The notes beneath the pieces are model-generated. The model had not been told where the DNA came from, searched no databases, and saw only the letters and a program-made list of their open reading frames with translations. A program made the translations under genes and the position numbers. A stretch of DNA of 60,053 nt, filler included, from Candidatus Babelota bacterium (GTDB taxonomy: Bacteria; JAGOBX01): the NCBI GenBank assembly GCA_017999075.1. It is 7 parts of 7 records of this genome, joined end to end, with 100 filler letters (N's around TTAATTAATTAA, not from the genome) between each part and the next. Parts side by side here need not be neighbours in the genome. Positions count along the whole stretch, not along the records: positions 26,055 to 34,571 come from JAGOBX010000134.1; positions 34,672 to 43,140 come from JAGOBX010000135.1; positions 43,241 to 51,618 come from JAGOBX010000136.1; 4 more parts are not named here. The stretch is one strand, 5' to 3'. Shown piece after piece: positions 30,837 to 43,581 of this stretch. The first letter of the stretch is position 1; each line of letters begins with the position of its first letter.

Positions 30837-31751
30837 ATGGTTAACTCAAATATTTTGCAATTCAAAAGAGTCTCCATCGAAGATAAGGATTTTTTAAATT
30901 CTTTTTTAAAACCTTATAATTTAAAAACACATGAATTTTGTTTTACAAATTTATATATGTGGAGTGAATACTGCAGAATTGAATATGCTGTTTATAAGAA
31001 TTGTTTAATAATTAAAAAAAGGGATGCATTAAGTTTTGAGGATTATTTTATGCAGCCTGTGAATTATGAAAAATCTAATTTCCAGGAAATTATAGATTTA
31101 ATTATAGGTTTGAATAAAAAATATAAATTTAATTATCTTTTCCGTGATGCTGAAGAATTATTCGTCAAAGATCTTGAAGAATTGTATCCTGGAATGTTTA
31201 AAATAGATTTGGACAGAGATAATTCTGATTATATATTTTTGAAAAAAGATATTGCAGAATATAAAAAACATAAATTACATTCTAAAAAAAGACAGATGAA
31301 TCAGTTTATCAGGAACTACAAATATAATTTTACAGAAATAAATGTTACCAATATTCCTGACTGCATTAAATTTGGACGCAATATAATGGAGAAAAAAGAT
31401 GCGGATAAAATTCAAATTTATGAAATGAATGCCAATATTGATTTGCTTTCAAAATTTTCGCAGTTTGATTTAATAGGAGTTGCTGTATATGTTGATTCGA
31501 AAGTCATAGGTTATATTGTAGGCGAAAAATTAAATGATTTAATGGTTGTGGTTCATATTCAAAAAGCTGATACTGATTATAAAGGGGTTTATGCATTTTT
31601 AAAACATATGTTTGCCTCTTCCGAAAATTTAGACGGGATAGAATTTATTAATGAAGAACAGGATTTGGGAGTTGAGACGTTGAGAAATGCCAAATCACAG
31701 TATTGCCCTGTAAAATTAGAACCGAAATATACAGTTGTTTTAAAAAATTAA
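30837..31751 (+). CDS. DUF2156 family (GNAT-like) protein
   Basis: FCFTNLYMW, DRDNSDYIF and INEEQDLGVETLRNAKSQYCP. Confidence 0.82.
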   Translation: MVNSNILQFKRVSIEDKDFLNSFLKPYNLKTHEFCFTNLYMWSEYCRIEYAVYKNCLIIKKRDALSFEDYFMQPVNYEKSNFQEIIDLIIGLNKKYKFNYLFRDAEELFVKDLEELYPGMFKIDLDRDNSDYIFLKKDIAEYKKHKLHSKKRQMNQFIRNYKYNFTEINVTNIPDCIKFGRNIMEKKDADKIQIYEMNANIDLLSKFSQFDLIGVAVYVDSKVIGYIVGEKLNDLMVVVHIQKADTDYKGVYAFLKHMFASSENLDGIEFINEEQDLGVETLRNAKSQYCPVKLEPKYTVVLKN

Positions 31752-31759
31752 ATTTATAT

Positions 31760-34571
31760 ATGAAAAAAAATATGAAAAAAATAATATTGAATTTATTCGA
31801 CCGGCTTCTTCACTCAATGGAAATAAGAAAAGAGGAAGCTCCTAAAGTATTTATCCTGCTTGGATTATGCATACCCATGGGGTTATCTATGGTTTTGGCA
31901 TACAGCGTTACTAATTCTGTATTTAATACTGAAGTAGGACCTGATTATCTTCCTTATATGTATCTTGTAATAGGTTTATTACAGCTGCCTCTTCTATTCG
32001 GGTTAAACAATTTTGTGAATAAAAAAAATATTTATCGCTCCACGAAAACAACTTTAATTATTTCAATGATAATAATTTTAGTTAACTGGATTCTTTTTGA
32101 ACAAAATGATTTCAGTAAGAGTTCCGGAGTTTTACTGAAAAATATTATTATAGCATTTATTTTTATTTCCACATTTATATCAATATATTTAGTGAATTTT
32201 TTGATTTGGATAATAGCTTCGGAAATGTTTACAATACGCGAAAGCAAACGCCTCCTTGCTCATTTGTCCGGAGGTTATTACATAGGCGTTGTTGTCGGCG
32301 GTCTTGCTTTATCAGCTGTTATAGGATATATCGGAATTAACTGGATATATTTTTCAACCATCATATTTTTGGGAATAGCTGTATACTTATTGAATTTATT
32401 GAATGAAAAATACATGAAAATTTTAATTGATGGAGCTGAGCATGAAAAAATAACAGTTTCTGAAAGTTATAGTTATCTGAAAGATTCTAAATATTCAAAA
32501 CTTGTAATATTTCTGTTTATAATGTTTAACCTTTTGAGATGTTTCTTTTTGTTTCAGTTCAATATTGCTGCAGAGTATAAATATCCTGATACTGCAGATC
32601 TTACCCAATACTTTGGTTTTTATGAATCGCTTAACGCCGCTGTTTCCATAATTATAACCTTTTTCTTTATAAATAAAATTATTTTGTATTTAGGCGTATG
32701 GAACACTATGATTCTTTTAGGTTCAGGGTTTACCGCCACTTTTTTTATTGTAATGACAAAAGACGTTAATATTTATCTTTTATCTATTGGGGCTTTACTG
32801 AACGAATGTCTGTATTATCTTGTAATGCCGCCTCTTCATACTCTTGTTTTCAAACCTGTAAATTTAAGAATACGAACCGCAATAATGTCTATGTCCAATC
32901 TTATTAGCGAATCTCTCGGCCAAATTTTAAGTTTTGTTTTCGGATTATTAATTACGTGGAAAATCCTTGATTTTTTTGATTTTTCGGTTTTTTCTATAGT
33001 TATTTCTCTGATTATCAGTTTAATTTTGATTTATTCGAAAAAAGAATATATTAAAATACTTTCAGAAGCTATTAAATCTAAAAATACTGATATTTTTGAG
33101 CATTCTAATGAATTGTTCGGTAGTATTCAAAAATCAATAAATTCGTCTTTTATTCAGGAAATTTTCAAATCTTCTGATCCGGATGTTATTAAAACATCTC
33201 TTCAGTTTATTCAAAATATAAAGAATCCGGAAATAATAAAATTTTTGATGCCGTTATTAAATTCGCCTGACAGTGAAATTAAAGCTCATGCAATAGGAGC
33301 TCTAGGAAATTTTGATAATCTGGATGAAAATATAATAGAAAATATTCATAATATGTTTGATGACACTAATTACAAAGTACGAGCTAATGCTATTATTGTT
33401 TTAAATAGAAAAGGAATTGACAAATTTAACAGTCAGGCTGAAGTAATACTTGAGGAAATGATAGGTTCTGATTCTATAGAAAGAAAAATTGTTGCTATAG
33501 AAACAATAAGCGTTATAAAATTGCCGAAGCTTCAACAAAAAATACTTGATTTTATCAAAGATGACAATTTTTCTATAAGAAAATCAGCTATAACAGCAGT
33601 TTCTCTCATTTATAATTATATACCTCAAAAAGATTATGAACAGGTTATTTCAAATTTAGTGGAATTGTTAAATGAACCTGATGATGTTATAAGAAGTGAA
33701 GCTGTAAATACACTGTCTGTAATTGGTAAAAATAATATTGATTTGTTTGCTAAAATGCTTACTTCGAAAAATGTTCTTGAATGGGAATCTGCAGTAGAAC
33801 TTCTTGCGCGCTGGCAATCAAACGATAACTATGATTATATGGTTTCAAGCGCTTTGATTCATATTAAAGAAATTTTTGAAAATATTATTTCAATGCGCGA
33901 ACTTAAAAAAATACCGTTTTCAGATGCTGTTGAACCTTTGCTGAATAGGCTTGAAAATAATAATGAGATTATTATGAGAGTTATATTCAGAATTTTTTCG
34001 ATTAAAAGCGACAGGACAATAATAAACACTCTTAAAATTCAATTATACAACAGCGATAAGAATATACGTATGAATGCTATAGAAACTCTGGAAAATGTAG
34101 CCGACCAGAAAATAGTCAAAGGAATTATTCCAGTATTTGAATTTACTGAACAGTCGGAAATAATTGAAGCGGCTAAAAAATTATGGAAACTCGAAGAAGT
34201 TAAATATCAGAAAACTTTAATAGATTTGTTGCACGATAATGATCCTTGGGCCAGAGCCTGCAGTGCTTATATAATGGGAGAATTGAGTCATAATGATTTT
34301 GAAAAACCTTTAAAAAATTATCTTGATACGTATAATCAAAAATTGAGTTCTATTAAATCTGAAACAAATTCAGAACGCTCTGAGCAGAAACTTCAAAACT
34401 TTATAAATGAAAACTTTTTGGTGTGTGAAAATATAAAAATAGCTTTGCAAAATATTGAAACATTGAAAAAATTGTTATTTGAGGAGGATTTTATTATGCC
34501 TGAAAAATCAGACCTTCTGCCTTTAATGGAACGCATTATTTTTTTGAAAAAAATTCCTATTTTTTCACGGC
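31760..34571 (+). CDS. Npt/MFS-like membrane domain + HEAT repeats + start of cNMP-binding domain (3' truncated)
   Basis: ~12 TMs with EMFTIRESKRL; HEAT repeats (VRANAI, IRKSAI, WARACSAY); MERIIFLKKIPIFS. Confidence 0.8.
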
Positions 34572-34719
34572 NNNNNNNNNNNNNNNNNNNNNNNNNNNNN
34601 NNNNNNNNNNNNNNNTTAATTAATTAANNNNNNNNNNNNNNNNNNNNNNNNNNNNNNNNNNNNNNNNNNNNCTTACACAGTGCTATTCTAATGACGATGG
34701 TCAAAAAATATTTGATATG

Positions 34720-35514
34720 ATAAAAAATCAATTGGACTTTAAGGAAGCAATACAAGTCTCATTCAAAGGAGTTGATATTGTATCCTCAATTCTTTGTCTA
34801 TTCTGTATTTATTCAATCCCAGCCTTCATCCATGTTTAATTACCCAATGATAAAAGATCAATTTTTTCATATTCTTTGTTATCTCCGACAAAATATAATA
34901 AAGCTTCCATAACTCCAATAAGTGAAGGATTGTTAGCCCATATCCCGCCATCAACAACAAAATTTTTTGAAATTCCTGGTAAAGAAAAAATCGGAAAATA
35001 TGTAGGCGCCGCACTCGTAGCTTAAAGCTATATCAGTCATAGACAATTTTCCGTCCGGTCTGTTAGATTTTTATTATGCGTGGTTTTTATTATAACTCCT
35101 CTAAAATCAGAAATATCTACAACAGGAATACATACGCACATATTTGAATCATCTAATTTTTTATCTCCGTATAATTCTTGAAGTTTTTCTTTCAAACTTT
35201 CATTTTTATATTTTGATGAACAAAGATATGATTTTAAATTTCTGAGTTTTTTTAATATTCCGGTTTTAGGTGGAAATATATCTGCTCCATAATCAATATA
35301 AAATTTTACAATATCTTCAGCAGATTTTCCAGCAGCTAATCCTAATGCAATAATTCCGCCGGTTGATGTTCCACAAATTAAATCAAAACAATCCGATATC
35401 CATCCTACCAAAATTCTTTTCAAATACAGATAGAATTATTGCAGAATATAATCCTTTTATTCCGCCGCAGTCAATAGATAAAATTTTAAATGTTTTACTA
35501 ATTTCTTTACTCAT
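34720..35514 (-). pseudogene. patatin-like phospholipase (CapV-like), multiply frameshifted
   Basis: KILSIDCGGIKG, ICGTSTGG, TSAAPTYFP and DGGIWANNP are separated by frameshifts; GGAT duplication near 35400. Confidence 0.8.
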
Positions 35515-36218
35515 CAAATCTCCGATTTTTCTAATTGTTCTTTTCGTTTTTGCCAGTCCGGTAATACACCTGAAAGAAAATTATAAAATTTTTTGTCGTG
35601 AGTATAATATTTCAAATGACACAATTCATGGGTTATTACATAATCTATGCAGCTTAACGATACTTTTATAAGTTCAGGATTAATCAGTATTTTTCCATTT
35701 TTAGCGCAGCTTCCCCAACGTTTCCGCATGGATTTAATTTGCCATTCGGGAAAGGCAATTCCATATTTTCTTAATTTTTCATAACAAAAATTTAACCTTT
35801 CATTAAATTTAATTTTCATTCGGGTTCGATACCATTCAGCTAATTTTTTTTTTATCTGCTCACTGTTGGATTTATCTAAAACAGTTATATAGATATACCC
35901 CTTTATAAATTTTACATTCTCATTTTTATCTTCAAAAATTTTAAGACGATACTGTTTTCCTAAATAGCGATGAGTTTCACCGCTTATATATTTCCGAGGA
36001 ATAACTTTAGGCGCGGTTTCAGAGAAATAAGAAACTTGTTTTAATATCCATGAAGCGCGTTTTTGAACTTTCTCCTTTATTTTTTCGATTTGACTATTTT
36101 CAGGAGCGCAAACAAATACGGTTGAATCCGGCAGAACGCTTATTTCCAATATTTTTCTTTTACGGTATTCTATATTAAACTCAATTTTTTTATTACCGAA
36201 TTTTATACTTTCTTTCAT
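35514..36218 (-). CDS. M48/YgjP (DUF45) metallopeptidase-like protein
   Basis: YISGETHRYLG, RWGSC and YVITHELCHL; typical neighbour of hsdR. Confidence 0.88.
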   Translation of the reverse strand: MKESIKFGNKKIEFNIEYRKRKILEISVLPDSTVFVCAPENSQIEKIKEKVQKRASWILKQVSYFSETAPKVIPRKYISGETHRYLGKQYRLKIFEDKNENVKFIKGYIYITVLDKSNSEQIKKKLAEWYRTRMKIKFNERLNFCYEKLRKYGIAFPEWQIKSMRKRWGSCAKNGKILINPELIKVSLSCIDYVITHELCHLKYYTHDKKFYNFLSGVLPDWQKRKEQLEKSEI

Positions 36219-36397
36219 ATTATTACCACCAACATACACCAACTAACACGAACATGTTTTTAAACGGAGTAAATGCTGTAAAAACGAGACAGGGATTATC
36301 CCTTTTTCCCAGCCGTAAACCGGGCTATTAATATTTTTTCATAAACAAAATGTTTATTGTAATTATTAACTCTTAACTCTAAACTTTTAACTTTTAA

Positions 36398-39300
36398 CTA
36401 TTCCCCATACCTAATCTTTGCAACATTGATCGATTCATCCATAATCAAATCAATTTGATCGAAAGTAATCTTTAAGTTATGCAATTCTTTAATATCAAAT
36501 AAATAATCTTCAATAGTGTTTCTCATTTTATTTTGGACATCCGAATTATTCTGCCAGTCAACAATTTTTAATTCGCGTATAATGTCATCAATTTTTATTG
36601 CAACATCCGCATATAATTCTTTTAAATCAGATTGTATTTCTTCAGATTTTATTGCCTCGTTTACTATTCCGAAAAACGCTTTTGCCACATCGCGAGTTCG
36701 TAATTTTTCCGGCATCTCATCGCCGGTTCGATTACGCACAGAATTCATTATCGACTTGACCTGATTCAAATAATCAACTTCAGAAATTCTTTGTTCTCTA
36801 TATGCCTTTATCGTTTCTTCTAAAAGCTGAGAAAACTTTTTATAAAAAGCAGGATCTTCTTCCATTTTTTCATAAATTGATTTTTTAGTTCTGTTAGCGA
36901 TAGTGTCTGCCCTTGCTCGCAATCCTTTTATTTTGTTTACTTCCTGATCGAATTTTTCTTTATCGAAAATATTTACTAAATCAGTTATCCGTGTTACTTT
37001 CTCTGAAGTCACATAAGTATCAATAAGTTTTTGGACCTTTCCTTCATATTCCTTATAATCAATAGATTCAGCATATCGCTTTTTAACAGAAGTTCGTAAT
37101 TTTTGAAAAAACAATAAGTCAGTTTTATAATTTTTAATAGTTTTTTCAGGGGTTGCATCAACAAATTTAAATGTTGATAACGCAATATCAAGCGTCCTGG
37201 TATAGGAAGAAAGTTTATCATAAAATTTTTTCCTAATTTCTTCATTCCCTAAACAAACTTCATATTCTTCTTCATCCTGTTTATTTTTTAAAGTTTTAAA
37301 AATGTCCCAAAGTTCAGAATGTTTTTGCGGTAATTTATTTATTTCGGCCATAACATCAATCAGCGTTCCTGCAATATCATTTTCATCAAAACCAGCCAAT
37401 ACTCCATAATCTGTTAGAGCCTGATCTAATGCTCCCAATAATCCATAATAATCAATTATATATCCAAAATCTTTGCCTTCATATAAGCGGTTAACTCGCG
37501 CTATTGCCTGAAGCAGAGAATGTCCCTGCAATTTTTTTGTTAGATATAATACAGTATTTTTAGGCGCGTCAAATCCTGTCAGTAATTTATCTACTACAAT
37601 TATGATTTCAGGATACGCGCTTTTTTTAAAAGCGTTTATTAGTTGTTTGTTATAGGCATCCTCTGTTCCATATTTTTCCATTGCCGCTTTCCAAAAAATC
37701 AAAACATCTTCTTTGGCTCCGGTATATGTATCATCATAACCCTCGCGAGTATCCGGTCCTGAAATCAAAACATCGGAAGATACCATTCCGAAATCATCAA
37801 GATATTTTTTATATTTAATTGCTGCAGGTTGAGAAGGCGCGGCCAATTGACCTTTAAAAGGAGTGCCTTGCCAGGTGTTTTTAAAGTGAACACTTATATC
37901 ATAAGCAATCATTTTAATTTTTAATTCTGCTTGATTTAATTGATTTGCGGAACTGAATTTTTTCTTTAAATCAACTTTTTGGTCATCTGACAGATTTTCA
38001 GAAACTTTATCAAACCACGTATCAATAGCATTTTGCGTTACTTCCTGTTCCGCGTGTCTTCCTTCATATAACAACGGAACAACGGCTTTATCTTCTACAG
38101 CTTCATTTATAGTATAAGTATCTATTATGCCGCCGAAACGGTCAGCAGTATTCTTATCTTTTTTCATTAAGGGTGTTCCGGTAAAACCGATATAACAGGC
38201 ATTCGGTAATACTTTTTGCATCTGCACATTCAAAGAACCGTATTGACTACGGTGACTTTCATCTACCAACACAAAAATTTCTTTGGAATCATTGCTTATG
38301 CTTTTATTACTCAAAGCGCTTTCAAACTTATGAACAAGAGTTGTTATAATTTCATATTTTGATTTACTCACAAGTTCGGCAAGATGTTTTCCTGTTTTTG
38401 CCTGAACCGGTTCTTTTCCGCAGTTGTGAAAGGTTTTATAAATTTGGTCATCCAGATCAACACGGTCAGTAACAAGAAGAATTTTAGGGTTGAGAATGGA
38501 CGGCTGCAATACAATAGATTTAGCAAGCATAACCATTGTCAAAGATTTACCGCTGCCTTGCGTGTGCCACAGAACACCGCCAATTCTTTTTCCGCTATTA
38601 TCAAAAGTATTAAGGCGCTCAACTGTTTTATTAACTGCAAAATATTGTTTATAGCGTGCAATTTTCTTTTCTCCGCCATCGTATAAAGTAAATTTATACA
38701 TAAATTCAAGTAATCTTTCAGGCCGGCAAAGGCAATATAAAAGTTTATCCTGTTCAGTAATCAGCCGAGGATCTTTTTCCATTTCTAAAAAGTAATGTTT
38801 TACATAGTTAAATTTTTCGGAAAACAACCTTGCTTTCTGATCATCGCGAAGCGGTTTATTGACCATTTGCAGAAGTTCATTATTTATGTCCGAATCTTCT
38901 TTCCAAACATTCCAAAATTTAGCTGGAGTTCCTGCAGTCGCGTATTTAGCTTCATTTTTACTTATTGCTAAAACCAATTGAGAAAAAATGAAAAGCACCG
39001 GAATTTCTTCTTTATGCTGGTTACGTAGCATCTGAGAAATTGCTGTTTTTTCAAGCGTTTCTTTTAAGTCAGGAGATTTGCATTCAATCACAACAAGCGG
39101 AATACCATTTACAAAAAGAATAATGTCCGGTCGTCTGGTTTGATGAGACGCTGTTTTTTCGACTTCAAATTCTTCGGTTATATGGAATTCATTGTTCAAC
39201 GGATTTTCAAAGTCAATATATTTCATAGTAAAACTTTTAGTTTCATCGCCGATAGTTTGTTCAAAACTTTTCCCTAATGTAAGCAAGTCGTATATTTTTT

Positions 39301-39583
39301 CATTTGTTCTAACAAGTCCGTCAAACTGCACATCTTTCAATGTCTGAATTGCCTGTCGATATGCAGGCGGATGAAACTTATAATCTCTGCCTTTAAAACT
39401 AAATGTATTAATTTTATGCAACTGTTTTTCAAGAATATTTTCCAAAAGCACATGCGAGCGTTTTCCGTTCCGTTCTTCAAGCGCATCTTTGGGCGTCAAA
39501 TATTTATATCCCATATTTATTAACAACTGCAAAGCAGGTATTTGTGAAATATGATCTTCTTTGAAAGACGGTTTTTGATTCAT
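36398..39583 (-). CDS. hsdR: type I restriction endonuclease subunit R
   Basis: RPDIILFVNGIPLVVIECK, WHTQGSGKS, DESHRSQYG, FTGTP and LLTGFDAP. Confidence 0.95.
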   Translation of the reverse strand: MNQKPSFKEDHISQIPALQLLINMGYKYLTPKDALEERNGKRSHVLLENILEKQLHKINTFSFKGRDYKFHPPAYRQAIQTLKDVQFDGLVRTNEKIYDLLTLGKSFEQTIGDETKSFTMKYIDFENPLNNEFHITEEFEVEKTASHQTRRPDIILFVNGIPLVVIECKSPDLKETLEKTAISQMLRNQHKEEIPVLFIFSQLVLAISKNEAKYATAGTPAKFWNVWKEDSDINNELLQMVNKPLRDDQKARLFSEKFNYVKHYFLEMEKDPRLITEQDKLLYCLCRPERLLEFMYKFTLYDGGEKKIARYKQYFAVNKTVERLNTFDNSGKRIGGVLWHTQGSGKSLTMVMLAKSIVLQPSILNPKILLVTDRVDLDDQIYKTFHNCGKEPVQAKTGKHLAELVSKSKYEIITTLVHKFESALSNKSISNDSKEIFVLVDESHRSQYGSLNVQMQKVLPNACYIGFTGTPLMKKDKNTADRFGGIIDTYTINEAVEDKAVVPLLYEGRHAEQEVTQNAIDTWFDKVSENLSDDQKVDLKKKFSSANQLNQAELKIKMIAYDISVHFKNTWQGTPFKGQLAAPSQPAAIKYKKYLDDFGMVSSDVLISGPDTREGYDDTYTGAKEDVLIFWKAAMEKYGTEDAYNKQLINAFKKSAYPEIIIVVDKLLTGFDAPKNTVLYLTKKLQGHSLLQAIARVNRLYEGKDFGYIIDYYGLLGALDQALTDYGVLAGFDENDIAGTLIDVMAEINKLPQKHSELWDIFKTLKNKQDEEEYEVCLGNEEIRKKFYDKLSSYTRTLDIALSTFKFVDATPEKTIKNYKTDLLFFQKLRTSVKKRYAESIDYKEYEGKVQKLIDTYVTSEKVTRITDLVNIFDKEKFDQEVNKIKGLRARADTIANRTKKSIYEKMEEDPAFYKKFSQLLEETIKAYREQRISEVDYLNQVKSIMNSVRNRTGDEMPEKLRTRDVAKAFFGIVNEAIKSEEIQSDLKELYADVAIKIDDIIRELKIVDWQNNSDVQNKMRNTIEDYLFDIKELHNLKITFDQIDLIMDESINVAKIRYGE

Positions 39584-39671
39584 AACGAACTCCAATTTAT
39601 TAATTTACCACGAACATACACTAACAAACACGAACATTTTTTGTAACGAATTAACTCGGATCTTCACGAAT

Positions 39672-42600
39672 TTATTTTTTAAAATATTTCCCTTTAATTT
39701 TAGTCTTTAAATTTGTTTGGTCATTTAAAAAACTATATCCTGAAATTTCTAACATCCCAGGATGATTTTTTCTTGCATATAAAGAAGCATTATCAAAAAT
39801 TCTTTTTTCTCCCATAACAATCCAAAAAATATCTAAATTATTTTCGTTCAAAAATGATTTCAGTGAATCTTGTTTTATCAAAAATGCTCCAGGACCATTT
39901 AATTCAATTGAAGGATCAATGGCTATCAATTCATTTTTATGGTTATAATACTCTCCAAAATCTGCTGTACTTTGGATATTCAACTTATTAAATAACAGTT
40001 CACATGGCATATAAATTAAAATGCTCTCATCAATTGAGCAATCATATCCGGAATCTTCAATTATATATTCACAACACGATACCATAATATCAACAGGAAT
40101 TTTATTATAAGAATTTGGTTTAATCCAACTCAAATTTTCATATTCTAATATTTCATTTTTATACGCTGGAGACCAAAACATTTCACCCATAAAAATATGT
40201 CTTAATTCTGATTCTTCCGTCATCCAACGTCCATAAAAATTTTGTTTTTCTAACCACTCTGTAAGTTTTTCTTTATCTTTCTTTTTTATAAAATAACTTT
40301 TAATCATATACCAAATTTCTTTATATTTTTTGTTAAGAATTTCAGTTTCTATAGTAATAGATTCTTTCCAATTATAACTCGCATTAAGTAAATACCATTT
40401 TTCTTTGTCACAACTTTCAACTTCTAATAAACTATTTAAATCAGGTAAATCTTCAGTAGTCTTAATCCAATCTATTTCAGTTTTAAATTTATTCCAACTA
40501 TTATAAATAACAGGAAAATACCATGTTTGATGATGATTTTCAAACCAATCCTGACGCTTAGTATTATACAGCAGACAAGACGGATCAATTTCCCTTCTTC
40601 CAATTTGCCACGGACCTTCATAAATCCCACCATATTCATCAGAAAACTGGAAATTATCTGCTATTCTTGCTAAGCATTCATATAATGCAATCCATTGATA
40701 TTTTTTACCTATTCTTTCAACTTTATGAGGAGACCTATAATCACCTCCATATCTATTTAAATGCCAATCATAATATCCAAATTTATCAACTTCCCATCCT
40801 AAATTTAAAACTTTCTGAAATACCCAACGTTGAATTACCTTTAAATCAAATAACTCTTTTTGATAGTAATTATGAGAATTAGAACTATACTCATCAAAAA
40901 AATCATTAAATTCTTTTCTTTTTTTGCTATTTAACGAATTTAATAAATCATTTTTCTTTTTTTGTAATTCACTATCTAAAATTTTAGCATTTTCCTGAGT
41001 ATTTTTGGTTTCTTCGGGGGTTCTTCCTATTCTTTCCAATAAATCATTGTGAAAAACTTTTTGTCGAATATCAAAATATTTTTTTAAAAATTCGGTTTGA
41101 TTAGTTGTTAATGAATCTAAAAAATTCTTTTCTCTAGTTTGAGGTATCATATATTTTTTCTTGCTGTTAAGCTTAAGTTTTTTCCAATATGATCTATTTG
41201 AATTTGTCCCAATGATATATCTCGCAAAATCTCCCCAGCTCAAAACAGAACTATATATATTAATAATAGCATTTTTATATTTTTCATGTTCCGGATATTT
41301 ATCATTAAATTTTCCATACTTTTCTAAACTTCTCAGTGTCGGTATTTTAAAAGAAGGCCATTCTGATTTATAAGGTGGTCGAATATTATCAATATTTATA
41401 TTTAATTTCAATTTTCTATGTAAAGCTAATTCAATAATTTCTCTACAATAATCGCGAAATAAAATATTAGATAATGGGCTATTATTATTAAACTGCCAAT
41501 CATAAATATATTGAGCTAATGTTTTTAATAAATTATTATTTTTTATTATCATACTAGCGCCATATGCCGCAGCAACTAATCTTTCAAGTATATAATCATC
41601 ATTAACTTCCTTAAATTTATCCAAAATATTTACTATAATTTGAGGATTATTGCTTAATAAAAAGACAAGAGCTTTTGTTGCCCTATCCCTAAGAAATCTA
41701 TTAGAAGATGTTAAAAACCATCCTACTAATATTGAATATAACTCGGAAGATTCAACAGACAAAGTTTTTACATTATCGAAATTATTAGCCCATTCAATTG
41801 TGTTGTAAATAATATTTCCTTTCTCATAATTTTTATTCAAATATAATGTCCAAATATAATCTCTTTCAGCCATTGGAAGTTTTATAAAAAAATCATGTAA
41901 GCGTAATATATTTAATGGATGTTTTTCAAACGCTGCCAAAGAAATAACAATATCAAAAAAATTATGTAAAGATTTTTCATATTTAATTATATATTTATTT
42001 ATAAAATCGAAAGTTTTTTCGGTTATTGTGCTTGGACTTCGCCAGATTAAACTATTAAGAAAACTTTCTATTATCCTGTTTTCATTTTTATTGCTTATCT
42101 CAATATATTCAAATAATTCCTTATCTTTATTTTCAGGCAAAAGAACACTTAGCATATCAACAATACCATAATTATATGAATTAATAAGTTCTTCAATTTT
42201 CTTTTTTAAAATTGTGAAGGTCGGACAATTTTCAATAATATATTTAGCTTTCAAATAATCTGTAAATTTATCATATATCAAAGTAACGCCATCTTCATAT
42301 TTTGAAGGATTAAAACTTACTAAATATCTATTTTGAAATATAATATTTTCGCTTTCTAAATATTTAATCGGAGAATTACTATATCCTTTATTTTTTGCGG
42401 GAATAATTTCATTTATTATTTTTTCAGCATCATCATATTTAATCCAATTTTGATTTGTTTTAAACATTTCTTCTGTAAGCGCATAAATTATATTTCGTAC
42501 AATGTTTTGTTTTGGGTTAAAATCTAAGTACTTAGGTGCAGCCAAATTTTTATTTACCCGGCTAACAAAACCATCAAATATTTTTGTTAATTCAACACCG

Positions 42601-43140
42601 CCTTTTGTAATTTTGGATTTCCCTTCTGCTTTTAAATTTTCACAAAATATTTTTAAAAACATTGGATTGTAATATTCAGGCAGTAATAAAGGTATAGAAG
42701 GAATTTCTAATTTATAAAAATTAAAAAACTGCCTGATTGCTTCAAATCCTAAATCATTAAACCCATTATGAACTATTCTTATAAGTTTATTATTTTTTAA
42801 AAGTTCATCAGGGATCACTGTATCTTCATATGTTGCTCGTATACTATATCCTATGGATAGATACTCATATTGTTCGGCAACTTCAATCATTCCTGCAATA
42901 TAAGTTTTCCAAAAATGTCTTTCTTCACTTTCATTAAGAGCATCAATTAAAATTAGACATCTTTGGTTAGATAATTGACCTAAAGCGTTTAATGCACCTA
43001 AAAATTCCTCACGAGAACAGTTTAATCCGATTCTATCCAACATTTGCTTCCACGGATCATTATTTTTAAAATTCATACCCAAAAATAACAATGCCGGCTT
43101 TCCAGATAAAATCTGTCGACTGATTATCTCACAAAATAAG
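39672..43140 (-). CDS. large STAND/NACHT-like ATPase, Avs (AVAST)-like anti-phage protein (5' truncated)
   Basis: Walker B LILIDALNE, NPMFLKIFC, RDRATKAL and ERIGKKYQWIA...YEGPWQ...REIDPS; >1139 aa within an R-M cluster. Confidence 0.65.
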
Positions 43141-43581
43141 NNNNNNNNNNNNNNNNNNNNNNNNNNNNNNNNNNNNNNNNNNNNTTAATTAATTAANNNN
43201 NNNNNNNNNNNNNNNNNNNNNNNNNNNNNNNNNNNNNNNNTTCTTTATTAAGAAAATAAATTAATCAATGCAGCGCAGATGTTTGTAAAAATAATTTACA
43301 TAATACTGCGCTGCTTTATTAAATAACAAAAATTGAAAATTTCTTGCCAATAAGTTTTATATTTTATTATCTTATAAAAGATATTAAAAAATATAACTTT
43401 TACTTTATCCTTAATTCACAAACCCGCATATCTGGTAATTCGACAATTACAGTAACACTGCGTTAAGATATTATTTGATTATACAGGAAAAATATTGTTA
43501 ATATGAACAATATTTTGCAACCAATCTTCTTTAAGTTAGTATAACTAAACAAGAGTAATTAAATTTTTAGGAGGCGACAAT

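Noticed and set aside
43269-43314. GCAGCGCAG...CTGCGCTGC hairpin as another att-like site
   Set aside because: It lacks TAWC/GWTA cores and the cloverleaf; more likely a terminator or unrelated stem at the contig edge.
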